Below, piece by piece: positions 27,861 through 42,900 of a DNA stretch of 64,000 nt (position 1 is the stretch's first letter; every line of letters starts with the position of its first letter). The position numbers and the translations under genes were made by a program. The notes under the pieces were generated by a model. That model ran no database searches. It was not told where the DNA came from and was given only the letters and a program-made list of their open reading frames with translations. Where the stretch lies: contig NC_134028.1 in assembly GCF_964204645.1 (NCBI RefSeq), positions 9,114,001 to 9,178,000 on the forward strand. The letters are read 5' to 3'. The DNA comes from Tubulanus polymorphus. Lineage: Eukaryota > Animalia > Nemertea.

Positions 27861-29929
27861 TATACCTACATGTGATTTTTTATGGTTTCTATCTTTTATT
27901 TCAAATTTTGCATACGTTTTCTTATTTCCTATATTTTTCATCCTACATAATTCCTATTTTCGACTACGTTTCAGTGTGGTCTTTAATACACCATATAGTA
28001 TAAGTGCGCCACAGCTCAGTACTTTCCTGTTTCCCTAAATAATCTGTAGCGTGACAAGCGCAATACATTATGATTAAGACGCGGAAGTTCCGCAGAGACA
28101 ACTAAAATGTTTGATAATGTTCTATTAACACCGGCGTGACCCGACGGAGCTAGAATCCGCTGTCGCTTGCCGTCGAGTTCACAGAGCCGCCGACTTGCCA
28201 GGACTACGAATTAATAATTGAATTAATTGCCACCGTGAATAGTCGACATTAAACTCTGTCCGTCGTGTGAGCAGTTGCAACAACAAGTGACAGTTCCGCA
28301 GTGTTTTATCGGCGCAAAATTTAGATATTTAATTGCAGACATCGCCGTAAGATACAATTAGACATGCCACAGTATGCACGCTAATCGTCTGCTATACAAC
28401 TTACATGCTTCTACCAAAAAATGATCACTTGTGTCAGGGGTTATAAGCATCGCTTTTAAGCGTTTTAATCTCTTAAATATCATACGACAAAATAGACGTA
28501 TCTAAAAGGAAAATCTTAGCTAGTCATTGAGAAATTTTTCGATTAAAAGCTATACCTGCCAATTCAATTCAATCTGATTTTATTGCTGCACACTGAAATT
28601 TTATGTATGAATTAAAGAGAAAAGCAATAGGGGTTTGCAAATCTTTGTTTCATATATCATCATCACTATTCAAGAATGATTGGTTTTGCAAAAGGATCTT
28701 AAGAAGAAACGATCCGACATTAAGAAAGAATAATTGTATTCTTGAAATCAATTGACGGAGTTGATTAAAAGACGTTTATGATTAAGAGATGACTGGCAGT
28801 TATTCTGTTAATGACGTTAATTATCTTCACTCGATCGACTCCACAGTCCGCAGTGGTTTCTTAACCGGAAATTGATAGAAGGTAGACAACGCCTCTCGGA
28901 ACAAGGGTCGACCTGTGTTCTTGACAATAAACCATTTTACAGTTGCTAGCCGCCATTTTGTTAGGGTTCTTTTGTTCTGTATTGTTGGGTCATTTTTTTC
29001 TCCTTTTTAATGGCTATTTGTGATCCGTGTTTTATCATATTTCATCTGTCCCTGGATGGATTTTGACAGTTTTAGCAACATTTAAACCGTATGAATCTTT
29101 CGTTTTCATTTATGCAAAAATCATTTCTAAAATTTGCAACGATGTGATATGAGAGCGATATACAAATCGTTGGTCAGTTTTTGTCGCATGCATAAAATCC
29201 AGGGTTTACTGAACTTTGAAGTTCGTTTTTTTCAAAAACAATATTCTAAAAAATCCAAACACTTCAGGAACTGTGCGCATAAACGCCTCCTTTGAAATCG
29301 AAAAATGATTTCTCATATAGGACTTCTATTGGAAAATATGATTTTTGATTTTAAAAATAGGATAATTTTTTCAAAAAGAACTTTTATTCTCAATATCCAC
29401 AGGACGTGTCATGTTTTCAACACCTGCTGAAATCAAACTCTAGGTCCTAAAACTTGAATAAAATAAAGTTTTAAGGACCTGTTTTAAGTTGTTTTCACTA
29501 GGTGGTGCAATCAACTAGTTGAATTTTTCCAACGAGGTTTTTCTAATTAATCTGAATGAATTCTGTGGCCCGAAAAAGCCACCGCGTTTCTACGAATGTA
29601 AGATCGACGGATAAGTCGTTAAGTCCACAACGGTCCTGGCTGGCACTTCGATATGTGTACATGTTTTACATCAGGAAAATATGCCGGTTCAGTACAGATT
29701 ACATTTCATGATATTCTCTACTGAGTCACTGATAGAACTACTGTGCGGGAACCATTATCTTGTTACTACTATATCATAATCTGATACCTCCTCCTGTTAA
29801 TAACGTTAACCGTTGAGGAATGTGGCGGCCATGTTTAATCTGCATGAGTTATCAGCTTAATAACGTTTAATTAATTATCGATACACTTAATATCTTTATA
29901 CTACGCAATATATCTTGTATAGCATACTA

Positions 29930-30500
29930 AAACAACGGGGAAAACTGCGTATCTGGTATTATTTCACAATGTTACTGGACATAGATTGGGAGAAAACGTC
30001 GACTTATAAAGTTCAACTATATGGTGTAGGTTGTATCGTACATGTTCCGTGAGGAAGACCAGTGCCCTCTGGTGCCTGGTGAGTGTAACTGTACGATATG
30101 GATAAGTACACCTAACTTCAAAACGGATCTATTAGATCTCTAGGAAGTCCCTCTTTTACTTTGATTTCGAATATCCCGGGTCAAAGGCACATTGTTGGAA
30201 ACTTAAACAACCCGGCATATGCTTGGGATGCGATCTCTGAACTCTCTTCAAATCGCATTCGTATAAGCTAGAATCAAAAACTAGACAACCTCTATAGTTT
30301 TACATCCACGTATATACTAAGCATATGAGACAGATATCCCGGAACCTCCAAACCGACTGCAAAGGACACTCGATAGACCTAAAAGACGGTACTCTACACG
30401 GAACCTGACTGGTTCAAGAGAGGAGCAGGGAAGTCATCATGCAGATCAGGATCCATCGTTTAACCCTAAACAGAGATGGATTCGATATCATCCCTATCAA
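29930..30500 (+). mobile_element. Decayed Penelope-like retroelement, GIY-YIG endonuclease C-terminal part
   Basis: 30361-30485 reads, with frameshifts, GHSIDL...EPDWFKRG/REVIMQIRIHRLTLNRDG. This matches the PLE endonuclease end H.IDW...E..WF.RG.KEAI.I....LNRD.G. The left boundary is approximate. Confidence 0.65.
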
Positions 30501-31369
30501 GAGCGACGGATTTGGGTCGCAAGCTCCGGTGAATTATCCGCAAAAATTGTTGTATTTTCAACGTTTAAAGAATCTAACTTTTTAGAAGACAACGTTAGTT
30601 AAGACAACGTTAGCTCTGAATTGTGCAGTATTATCATACTAACTACCTTATCCCAGTGTCAGTACTCCGCAGTTACCAATTGCAATGACAATTTTGAGAT
30701 TATGTCATTAGGGCCTACATTCGTATTACGCTTGCGATTTAGTGTTTGGAATAGATTTAACTGAGCGCTAAATCATAACGTTCATTGCCTATAAGCATAA
30801 ATCTTCCCTCAGCTTTTGAACAGACCGACAATATTTGCTGTAGAAATTGAAAGCACGGCTTTGGTCGAGTGCCAAACACGGCACCACCCCGCTCAACGCT
30901 ATGCCCTGTTAGCATTCGACCAATCGGATGAATTAACGCGTCCACATAAAGTTCATATGCAAATGTTGTTACCATAGTGACTTACTCACTTGCCAGTTGT
31001 AGCTGGGGGATAGAAATTATTAAATATGAGCCAGTTTTATGGATTCTGATGCAAGACGCACGTTGAAGGAAGGTGGAAGGAAGCAATTTTGTGCGATGAA
31101 ATGCATTCACCGAACATACAAAATATTCTGCAATTCTCAGCAAATGACTGATTTGCGGTATATGAATAATGGGTACGGAAATTTTAGATATATCCTTTGA
31201 TGCCACCGGACGGTACTTTCTTGGCGATGACCTTTAAGGTGATCAACATGTTGTTTAGATTGACTATGTAAATACGTATCTCCTCAAAATATCGATTCTA
31301 TTCATTCGGATGATTGTATACAAAATATAGATATGTTGTGATGTTCAGATATGGATGTTGACCGAGCCT

Positions 31370-31671
31370 AGCCGCGATCAGACGAGCGGTTTTTGCCCGC
31401 GCCAAATGTGACCCAGAACAACTGTTCACGCGGGTGCCAAAGGGGCTCGTGCCTGTTAGGCCCGACCAAAAACGTCGGACCAGTCCCATGCCAGGGTCAA
31501 ATAATTGCGAGTGAATTGCAACTGGTTCCGTAGATGGCTTCGCTTTGTTTGAATCAGTGTTTGGTGTCGAGTGAGTGGTTTACGTGTGAACGCGCTCTCT
31601 AATTACACACGGGCCAAATTTGACTCAGGCCAATTTGGCCCAGGCCAAATCGTCTCCGTATGATCGCGGCT
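31370..31671. mobile_element. PIF/Harbinger-type MITE, 302 bp
   Basis: TIRs AGCCGCGATCA...TGATCGCGGCT, a 3-bp TSD (CCT at 31367-31369 and 31672-31674), and subterminal GGCCAAAT repeats. Confidence 0.8.
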
Positions 31672-34450
31672 CCTATTAAAACACTGCTTCGACTCCGGTG
31701 GCATAATTGACTACCAAAGAATTAACCGCCTTTTCTTGTTGAAACGTTCTTCGTGAATAAATGAAATGCGGACTGGCTTATGATGACATAAGAAAGATCC
31801 TCTATTTGTCTACACTTGATTTATGCGCCAAGAGCTACGCAACTGAAGCAAGCATAGGGTCTCTCCCAACTCGACGTTCGAATCCCTGCATCAGGGATTA
31901 CATACATGCCTGACATTAGTACATCGTCGATAGCAGTGTATTAGACTGTTTTTTCAAATACATTTAAGATGTTTTTTTTCCGATTTACAACGTATATAAA
32001 TTCAAACACCTGTACAATGTATAAACAGCTAAACCAAAAAAACTTCAATAAGAATCTAGCCAATGCTTCAAATCGCTTTAAAAATCTAACAATCATTTTG
32101 AAATTCGATACCGTTATTGAACTGATCAATCGCACGGTTTAAATCACTTAACGCTCCTGAAAGAAAGCTTTGGTGTATGATATAGTGGTTTTAAGTAAGA
32201 GGATGTACCCAGGGTATATGAAGGGCATGACAGACTCATCTGTATACCACACATCCATAATCTAAACTATGGTATGTTAAATGTAGCAGTCGAACAAGTG
32301 AGGTATATTAGATGGTGGTTTGGAGGCGTTTAGTTCAGACATACACGGAGAAGATTCGCGTTATATTTTCTTATATACAGGACTTATATACATTTCTCTT
32401 TCTCTCTCACTCTGTTTAACGGTAAATATAGTCAGATATTAATGTCTTTTAGTTACGTGGTATGTTCATTCCTAATTTCTTGAGATAACTCGTAGGCCTA
32501 CGTCGTACTTGCCTACATATTAGACACTTGTTTTCGTTGTTTGCTATTGTGGCTGACCTTCATCAGTTGCTTCCTTTGCCTTTGCAGATTTTTGCCAGCA
32601 CGTAGGTTAAGGGGAATCAATCTACCTAAGTTCTATCGGTATTCCATTAAGTTTTCGATGGTTTCAAAAATGCTGGTAGCGTGTCCGTGATTTTGGTGGT
32701 AAAACAGGGACCGGGATATGCATGCGTCTATGGTTTTGGTATCTGCGTGTATATGCTTCGACGTCGCAGTCACAATAAAACGACCATTTTCTCGCTAACG
32801 AGACCGCCGTCTTAAAACAAAAGCTGAAAGATTGCTTTTGAATAATTAATGCCGTCGCCGGCTTTCAGGTCTAAGAACGATCCGCAGCCACCATGTTACT
32901 TACTGCGTCTTATTTTGCTTTCTATTTGTGTAATACCAGCTGCAATCGATGTTAAAGTTCTGAACACCCCGAACATAACACCGATGGGGATGCATCGCTG
33001 GAGATATATACCGCTTTGTATGTCTGAGAAAGATAGTAACATCGATTGAAATATGTAGAAATTGAAAAACAGCGCATAAGTACCTCATGACGAATTCGAA
33101 TCGTTATAATGATGCAATTCATGGAAGCCACATGAAATTTAAAAATATAAAAAAGACTGCAAACCAGGGGTAATGTTAAGAAGGTATTTCTTATGCCGAA
33201 AACTGGCAACAGCCAGTTCCAGCAAGTTTCAGGCGTTGTATTGGTAAGAATTTAGTCTGCAATGAAAATCATTGAGGGTATTCATTTTTGCATTGTTGAT
33301 TAATCCAAGCACATTTGTTTTGAAACCGGAAACAAACACGTGTTTACAAACGGCAAATCGGGATATTCGAAAACATAACAAGTACGCTATGGCAACAACC
33401 ATATTATGAGCGTGCAAAGGAATAGGACTAATTATGGGCGAACGAAATGCTCAATCGTTTGTTAGGCGTTTTGGCAAGCCGGATCAGCGTGTACAGAGAT
33501 CCTGCTTATCGTTATTAGCAAGAGAACGAGGGGCGAAAACGGAGAGCAGAAAAACTCTAGTTATCTTTAAGAAATAAACAAGTTCGTCTTTGCAGACTGC
33601 TTATACACTAGAAAATATCTTCGACAAGATTCTTTACGTACCTGGTAGTTACCGTGTACTTCTATAGTCGAGCTACGTATATCGTTATATCGGCTAGGCA
33701 CCTTTTCCATGATCGCGTTTTGGGGTCGAATCTATGAAGTATATATCTGATATTTTCAACATATGACGACACCACTGTCTTCCGTATGAAAATCAATAGT
33801 CTTGCCTTTACGGACTTTAATGATTTCAACCATCAGTATGGTGGTTGACTCTGGATATGTTTAATTTTTCTTTTGCATTTCGCGATATTCTATGTCATTG
33901 GTTTCGTCTAATTGAAGTTGTGCGAAGATTTGTATGGAATTCAGGTAAATCAGGTAGATACGGGGTATAATCTTGCATAAGATTGCAGCTAGTCGTCTAG
34001 AAAAATTAATCACTCCATAATTTTTCGCAACCACCATAGAGAAATCATCCTTCTTTAACGATTCAATAATATCGAAATTAACCCTAAATTGCTTTGGGGC
34101 TGGTTATTTTACAAGCTCTCTTGTGCGTTCATCTTTCATATTGTTCATTTGATTAGCTATCTATACCGAGTAGATAGTCTTTACCCTTATCCATCTATAT
34201 GATCAAACGTAGCTTTAATCATAGGCTAAATACCTTTATGAAACTGTTCAACACCACTTTCTTCCAAAGAGCCTTAGATCTGCCTGTTATAAACATCAAC
34301 ACTCACTCTGCTATATTACTGACGAGGGCGTTTCCAGGAATCCGCCGACGAGGCAGTTGCTGGAATCTCTTCTGAAAATTGCGTCTAACCTTTCGGCAGC
34401 AAAAATCGAAAACAGAAAATAATTCAGTTATGTTTTCTTTTTCTTTTCAG

Positions 34451-34587
34451 AAGAACGACGAAATCAAAAGCGAAATGATGAAATAAGCGTATATGAAAGT
34501 TGAACGACACGATCTCCAGTAAAAACATAATCTAATGAATTATCGGGGTATGGTGTTGGTGGAAAGTGAAGTTACATCTTACATCAG
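34451..34587 (+). other. Probable non-coding (5'-UTR) exon of the large gene at 39907-50450
   Basis: Long pyrimidine tract ending ttcttttcag at 34450 and a consensus donor CAG|GTGAGT at 34588. Contains short uORFs only. Confidence 0.55.
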
Positions 34588-37216
34588 GTGAGTAAAGAGC
34601 CTCACTATGTATATAGCGCAGGAAGGTAGTAGACTCTCGTCTGTTGCGTGTTCTACCATCGACCTGATTAGCGAGCTATTCTTCTCTCCTTACCGAATTG
34701 AAGGCTTGATTAAACTTCCGTCGCAAAATTGAGTTTTCTGAGAGAGTCCTCGTGATGCAGGAAACAGTTTTCAAAATGTTTCGATCGACCCCTATTGAGT
34801 TCGCACGTTAAATTTTCAGACATTCGATTTTCTCATGGAACTAAGCATGTTTTCTATCTTTAAGCTGGGCGTACTTAGGTCGAGGCGGCCAGGGAGGTTC
34901 CGTACCGTACAAATGCTTATATTGGTGACGTCATCGTTTCATCGGGAATCGCCTTGCCATCCCGCGGATATAGCGACTCTGACTTTCTTTATTACAATGC
35001 TTTTGTATCAAATCGATAGAAAGATTTGTTGATTCAATTACGTTAAAATTGTAACTGAGTAGGGCAATGAAATCGTGTATACACACTTCGATAAGTAAGA
35101 CCACACGCCGGAACTTTTTGACCAATATATTTCATATCATATAAGTACATGGGGCGTTTCGAATCTCTGCAATAGTGGAATTACTAGTCGTTTCTCGATG
35201 GCGTACAGAGTTTGAAAGGTTGAATATTTAAAAGCTCTCTCGCACTGAACAGATGAGCGAGGTATATTTTTAACTGTAACTGTAAATGGGTTCACATTCC
35301 TACCGGTGCGCTACGGAAATTCCAACATAGACGCCCTCTATTGGTTCGTAGATGAATTAGAATATTGCCACGGCGTTTCTACCCCGGTTTCAGCAACCAG
35401 GAGTTTGACCGTGATCAAACATCGCTAAAATTTTATGAAGGTCATTAAGTCGGTCAGAATGTGAGACGGGTTCGAGATCCTACAGGGCCCAAGCATGCGA
35501 AACTGTAGTCAGTAACCTGACTGTGGTTTAGTTTCACGATCGGATATTTTCACAAACCACAGTCAGGAATGGGAAGGTCATTTTTGTATGAAATCTTCGT
35601 CAGCCAATTTGACTGACGAGTAATTTGCCTGGCATTTCATTGTCTCTTAAGATATCTGTCTAATTTTTGTTGTAATCGACGCACAACAGATTCGTAGTTT
35701 GTCTGATACCTATAACACCTCACCTGACGATCTTAATCCATGTGCAAATCGGCCGTAAAGTGAGAGTAAATTTCCGTCGGGTCAACAGCTGCCATTTTGA
35801 AAATTACTGGAGGTGCTGGCACCTGTGGACTGAGGCCAGGACAACAGCACAAACTAACAAAGCGAAACGACGAAATTTAAAAAAATTAAAAAATCAACAC
35901 TTATTCACATTTTTCTTTTACCAGAAATTTATTATTTCATTATTTATTATGGAAAACACGAAGACTTGAAATAAAAGTTGGAAAACCATCAAAAATAAAA
36001 ATTTTCGTTTCGTCTTGGAAGTTTTATATAAATCCTTGTAGGTCCCCTTGTCTTATCATGCCACATGTGCAATACAGAGAAATGGCGGCCAATGGCGAAA
36101 TTTGTGGAGAAATTAATTAATTTCTCAAAATAATGTTGATTAATCACTCGAAACATACATAAAATTGGATTATTTCGAAAGGTACCTGCGTTAGTTTGTG
36201 AATTAAGCCATTAATTGTGGACTGAAGTGAATAGAAAGTATATTTTTGAAGTGTTACTTTTTTCAACCGTGTTTTGGTCCTTGTCATCCCTAACGTTGGT
36301 ATAAGCCCATCCGATTATAAAAAGCTTACCACCAACGATTAGGTAACTAACTAGCGAAACTGGTGACTGAAGGCCACGAGCCTTAAATAAATCTATACAT
36401 ATTATCATCACTTTATCTATTTCCTGCTGTTCATTGTAACAAAATGTATTTTCATGAAAGTCGACATTGACCTGGCTCATTTTATTCCAAGGCTTGAGGC
36501 GTTTAGAAAAAAAAACATCATCCGCAAAATTATTGGCCCGGCCAAAGCCACTCCAGCCACCCGACTCCATCGGCCTTGCTATTTGAACATCATTTTAACA
36601 TTGTGACTGCAGTGGCATTCTTAAGCCGGCCTAGGGAAGGAATGATCGGGTTAGAAGCGGTACAGTCTACAACCGAATCGTGTTACGTACGACGCAAGGC
36701 GATGTTTTAATACGTTGCTAAGATTGTATGGATCTAACACGTATGTTTTCTCGCAGTGGAAGCTGTTATTCAAACGCTGCGGATAGAACTAATATTGATC
36801 GCAAAATCTCATATCCTTCTCGACGCTAATTCTGATTCCAAATTTCCTGTCTTTTTCAACGATACAATGAAGGGTCCAGTTTCACAAAGAAATGTACACT
36901 TCGACGACTATGAAATGTGTAGGTGTGAACATAAGATTTCGTTAACAACTGGTTCTCGTATCCGCGCTTTAAAGAATTAGTTTCCTTCAAATTCGTCTCT
37001 TGCATAAGAACATAAGATCTAATCCATAAACCAACGTACTGTGGACCTTTCACAACGGGAAACCCATTTCATCCAACAATCCCTAGGCTAATCAACTTTG
37101 AGCATCATTTTGTACGAAAAGAAAATATGTCTAGAGGCACTAAACAAAACTTTGTGGTTGAACTTTGGCAGATGATCTAGATGCATGAATGAGGTTTACT
37201 TCCACATCGGTTAAAA

Positions 37217-37469
37217 CTGAGCCGTCGGAAGGGATTTTTCAGTGGCGAGGCTTATTTCCGAACGTTCAATCGCCGGAGACGCGTTTTGGGGCCATTTCAC
37301 GGTCTCATTCACAGAAGCATGAGAAGTCGCGAGCCAACCACCCCGTACAGAGAACGACGAGCTGCTACGCGGTACAGCGTGCTTTTGAAAGAAGCATTTA
37401 ACAAATTTTTGTTAAGCAAAAAGTGGGGTGGCTTTGGCCGCCCCTGCCGCCCCCGTTCCGACGGCTCTG
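37217..37469. mobile_element. Non-autonomous TIR element (hAT-like termini)
   Basis: CTGAGCCGTCGGAA ... TTCCGACGGCTCTG inverted termini with a GC-rich subterminal tract. The TSD is not preserved. Confidence 0.55.
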
Positions 37470-37951
37470 AATTTCAAAAATGTTTATATATGTGTCATGT
37501 TGAACGCCTTGATCGTATATTCGATAAGATAAATGACCCGACTGAAAAACCGACTAAGGCATACGTATACAATGACCGGACACAGTCGGACGCATAATGT
37601 GCTAGAAACGCATCTGAAAGCATAAACGGGGCTTGAAAAAGATCCCTGTTTCCGGCGCTGAACTTCAGTCTGAAAATTCTAAAGACACAAATGAAGATGC
37701 GAAAATACTCACTCACATTCTGATAATATTAATCAGAGATAGCTGGGGAGATAGAGTTCCGAATTAATGTCATTACAATTTCCATCATCTCAATCGAGAT
37801 TGAATCTCTGCGGAGGTTATTTTTGTCAGCATTTTCCCGTTTCCGTGTAGCTGATTAATTACTTGTCTTGTTTGAAGTAATCGACTGGGAATAAATCAAT
37901 ACATACGCGTAATAACCTGTGTTTACAGCTAGTACCGTATAGAGAACGTAG

Positions 37952-38157
<206 letters not shown>

Positions 38158-39906
38158 GTGTAATTCCACCTGAGTCCGGTTATCATTCATAAAGTCTACA
38201 ATAGAAATCTGAAATAAAGGTACGTACACATTTTTGGATAATACATTCGCGTCTGTAGATTCTCCACTCTTGCTATCCTAAAGGCTTTGATGCAGCAATT
38301 GATATTATCTACGAATTCCATCTTTTGGTTCGATAATTCTTGGGAATTGTAGTATCATAACCTCGGGTAAATTAGCTTCTGAAAGTTGAACCACCTGGCA
38401 ACGATTTGATAACGCTCATATAGTCTGTGTAAATGCCTCTCTTCGTCTTCAGGTGTATTATAAAGTATATGCAAAGCAACTAGTATGGGGGGGGGGGGTC
38501 TACTCTCATTGGCTGTTCGAGTGAGAATCAGATAAAACAGATTCAGTTAGACTCGTAGAATCCAACCATCTGCGGGTAAAATTAAACTCTATCTGCGCAA
38601 CAACAACGGGTTCGCACCGCCAACTGCGTACAGAATATTTCAAACCGACCGTAAAATTTTGTGCTGTTCAGAGAGGAAGAAATAGCGAGATATTGTGTCC
38701 GTTTCCTTTTCTCGAAAAGCCGTCTAGACTGCAGGTAACTGATCCCAGAGAGGACGATGACACATCGTTGCGTGGAACAAACAGAAGACAGTGTCAATAA
38801 ATGCAGGCATGGCCTACAACTGGATATGATCAACTAGTAGCAAAATCGATTTTTAATTTTTCAGCAGGAATTTCAATAATGTGAGATACGGTTATGAAGT
38901 GTGTCGTCAATAAAACTATATGGATTAAGCCTTTAACTCGAATATCGTTCTCGAAGAATCTAATTATAGCTATCATTGTTCGAAATCTAATTCATATCAA
39001 ATATAAATTCTAGGAAGATTTTACATCGATTTACAATTAATTCGTTTTCGTAGCCGCGCTTTAAGGAAGTATATATATAGTTTATCATTCCATATTCACC
39101 GGCGTTCTGTATCCCGTAATGTTTGCCTTCGTGTATCATGCGCGCATTTTGTTTGCGTGGAATTTTATGAGGAACTCGTGTGCGAATCGTGTGATATATA
39201 AGCCCGAATAAATGGGATCTTGGTCTTTGGTTTCAAACCACGACCATCTTAGAGTGGGATACGATCACGGAATGGATTTACAACCTCTAGAGAATAGCGC
39301 TAAGCGTGCTCTGCATTACACGAACGGAGGAACCACGCGCGTAAATCACGAAAAGTGGCACAGCGCGTAATTAATTGTAGCAAATTTGTGTTTCCATATA
39401 GTACACATTGAAGAGCTTAAAAACTAGCGAAAGGTAATAATTGATTAATGTTACCCGGCGCAGTAGATCTCGGCACAAATCAGGATGAATAAAGAGAGAC
39501 CTGTGTACGGTTAATCTGTATCTGGTGCTGGTTTTTCAGACTAATAGTTAATTACAACACGGAATACAGCATTCCAGTATATTACCGACACGAGTATTAT
39601 TCAATACGCAACTTTCTCTCTCGTGTCGAAATTACTGACTTTGTGCGTGGATTATTATATAACTTGATGGATTATAATATACCGAAGTTATAAACATACA
39701 TGTGTTTCAGTAAAAGTGAAGTTTGCTACAATTAGAAACACAATTGAAACTTGAAATGGATATCTGTTGGGTGACGATGCGTTTTGGAGGATACAATTGA
39801 TATTCACATGTTAGGAACAGATGAATACAGTTGCCGGGACGTAACTAAAGTCTGTGGTATTTATTTGATAATGTAACAATTAGATGCTATTTCAACAATT
39901 CAAAAA

Positions 39907-39975
39907 ATGGAGACAAGCGACTTAATCATGCCGGTTAAAACGATCTTGCAACTGTCTCCTCAACGCCAAAGACAG
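39907..39975 (+). CDS. Large gene, putative first coding exon (METSDLIMPVKTILQLSPQRQRQ)
   Basis: AAAATGG start and a phase-0 donor CAG|GTACTT that is in frame with the acceptor at 41886. Confidence 0.55.
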
Positions 39976-42900
39976 GTACTTTATGTATTATTATGTAAAT
40001 TATTTCTCTAGATATTTTCAAAGTATGTTTTATAGATTGAAAAATATTCAGATACTGACAATCCATTGATTATGGGTTGATGGATGATACTCAGTGGTAT
40101 CTAAAATGGCCAGCCAGTCAGTCAATCAGTATTTATCCTTACATCGGGAAAGACGTTTCTCTATAGATAAGTGATTACCTGGAAAATTACGCAACACGCT
40201 TGAAAACGTTTACTTGAAACACTCGACTAACCGCTTTAATCAAAGATCCCTTTAGTCTGATTTATATAAACATACCTAAGATAAGAACGAGTTGAATGTA
40301 AGAAGAGTCAGTGATTTTTATACGCCGTTGGTTTCGTTAGTTTACGGGATGCTTCCGATTATATTCAAACTTTATGTTGTGCGTGATATGTCATGAGTTT
40401 TTACTGCCAGTTGACGTCAATGCTTATTACATAATGGCGATGTTGCATAAACTCACTGGAAGACTTCGCGGGTTAAGTATAGAGCACGTTGCGACAACTG
40501 GTATACACTCTTCAAAGACCGACGACGTAGACAGGGAACGTGGTGAACCTACCCACGATATGAAACGAGCATATCTTTTTTGGGAAAGACGAACAAAACG
40601 TCTGACTTATTCATTTACAGAATCAGCTTAACGAACAAGAAATATATTGTAAGAACTGTATTTTTGTGCCAGTTAACAAAAGCCAAAGGTCACCTCGAAT
40701 TAGGAAATTAATTGTTGAAATCTAGTGAATAATCTATTGGTAATATACCTCGACAGGTTTAGTTTAGCGTCTTATCTTCGACTACAACGTGCAAACTGTT
40801 TTATTCCGTCGGTTCCAATGAACTTTATCTAAAAGAGAATTCCTCGCGATGTTGTTGGGATGTTTGCCACGTAGAATCGGCTTTTTTCTTCTATCGGCCG
40901 TGTCTCGTATTTCCACAAAACCTCACACCTCATTATCGAAAGAATTAGACTAGAATCCAGTTCATGACTGGTAGTGGTCGTATATCAATGATATTGTTAT
41001 CGTTAGAATGAAATTTAAAGATTTAACAATTAGTAATCGAAAACAAATCTAATGGGGAACCTGTGGCAATCGATGATTAATGGCAGGCGAGGATGCAAAA
41101 GGTTTGCTAGTAGTAACTCGATCTTCCGCGTTCTATTTATTCTACATCAATTTCTTCTTACACAGATCAATTTTCGATGAAAACTAGCATTCGAATGTAA
41201 TGTAAATGTGGTGGGTCCTGTGATGATATACGCATTCGGGAGCCTTTGGTTCAAAGTTCATCGAAAATGAACTAACTTAGATAATATGAGACTGAGTACT
41301 CGTCACGCCATCTGGTAGGTTAGCTGGCGTTGTGGTTCACCATTATTAATGGTCACGAATACTTTGGACTCTTCATACTTTGCACTCTGGCCTGAAAAAT
41401 TTTTCAAATCTGAGTCTTTTATCTTTGTCAAATGCAGACTATAATTAACATTTAGAAAATTGAAGCAAATAGCTTATTAAAATGTGTTCTTTGTGCGCTA
41501 TTACCTTTATAATGCGTTTATGATCAATATCTATCGATACATACCCACTCATACTTGAAACATTTTGCTGACTTTGGGTAGCCTCAACATACCCATAAGG
41601 TAAGACTCATTTCACAAAACATGTGCTTACCATCAACCAATATCGTAAGAAATGTTCGCCAAGAATGCAACACTAATAAAAGATAACGAATTTTAATGTG
41701 TACTCCAATAAAAGATGTTCCGTTCAGGTTTCTGGTGACTACTTTCCCGTAAAATGAAGTCAACGGAATTTTGTGATAGATTTCTCCGCATGCGTTGAAA
41801 CTTTTGAAAGCTGGTTTCATAATGAATTGTCAAATATTATATGGGTTGCATTTGTCTAAAGACGATAGTATCTTTATATTTTGTAGATAAACTGGTTGAC
41901 ATCAAACTTAAAAAGAAAACAGTGTCCCACCATGTCCACCAGCCATACCCTTGATGAGCACGATGCAGTTAGGCAATTCGAGGAAGAATACCAAGATAAA
42001 ATTCACTTTTATATTTCTGATGACGACATCGGTGCAATCGGCAGTCGTGATAGCGGAAAAACCAGGCCAGGTCTCTCGCAACAAATTAACGAGTCAGGAG
42101 AGAAGAAACGAACGACTCACGAAGCTATAGCGGAATCGATCGAAGAAATACCAACGACGACTATGGCAGCTACATCACCATCGGCCGTAGCGAGAACAAT
42201 AGCTTCCCGAGGTAGAACAGCCAACCCGAGTGGGTTAAAACTAGGCTTATCGACTGGAGAAGAGCGTGGTAGGAGACGGGCGAGTTCGTACGATCCTCGC
42301 ATCGTTCAGGATAGCGTGAAGTCTCACCCAAAACGAGCTTGCAGTGTGTCGGAATCAGGACCGGGTCGAACAGGACCCATTTCCCCACCACCCGTCACAG
42401 AACTCATCGACGAATTTCTCGCCAAACAACCACCTAAAAGTCCGGGTGCTCCTAAAATTGTCATGTCGCGAATTCCTTTACCTCAAATTCATACAGCGCG
42501 CAAAGATCAAAATGTAAGCACACTGAAAGGTGGAATTACTGTTGGTCTAGATCATCTAGATAATCTATGCCGTTTAATGCATCAACTCGCCTTACTTCGG
42601 GAGGAAAATTCCAAGCTACGAAAACGCGTGAATTATCTTGAAGATACGAAGGCTATGCTAAAAATGAAAAATGAAGTGCTAGACGCGAAGGTGAAAAAAT
42701 GGGAATACTTGGAAGACGCTTGGAAAAGGTCGAGCTTACAAAAAAATCGAAGTGATAGCGCCCTGAATAGCACGACGCCTGAGAAGGATCTCGATGATGA
42801 GGTATTTGGCAAAGGAACAGTCATGCAAATGTACCCTCGCTCTGGTCGACATCAGAGAAGTTTGTCAGTGGGTTCTGTAGAAATGCCTGAGGATATGGAA

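Noticed and set aside
31825-31900. tRNA gene (B-box GTTCGAATCC)
   Set aside because: No complete cloverleaf; at most a decayed tRNA-derived SINE head. The same applies to B-box-like motifs near 18920 and 44580 on the minus strand.
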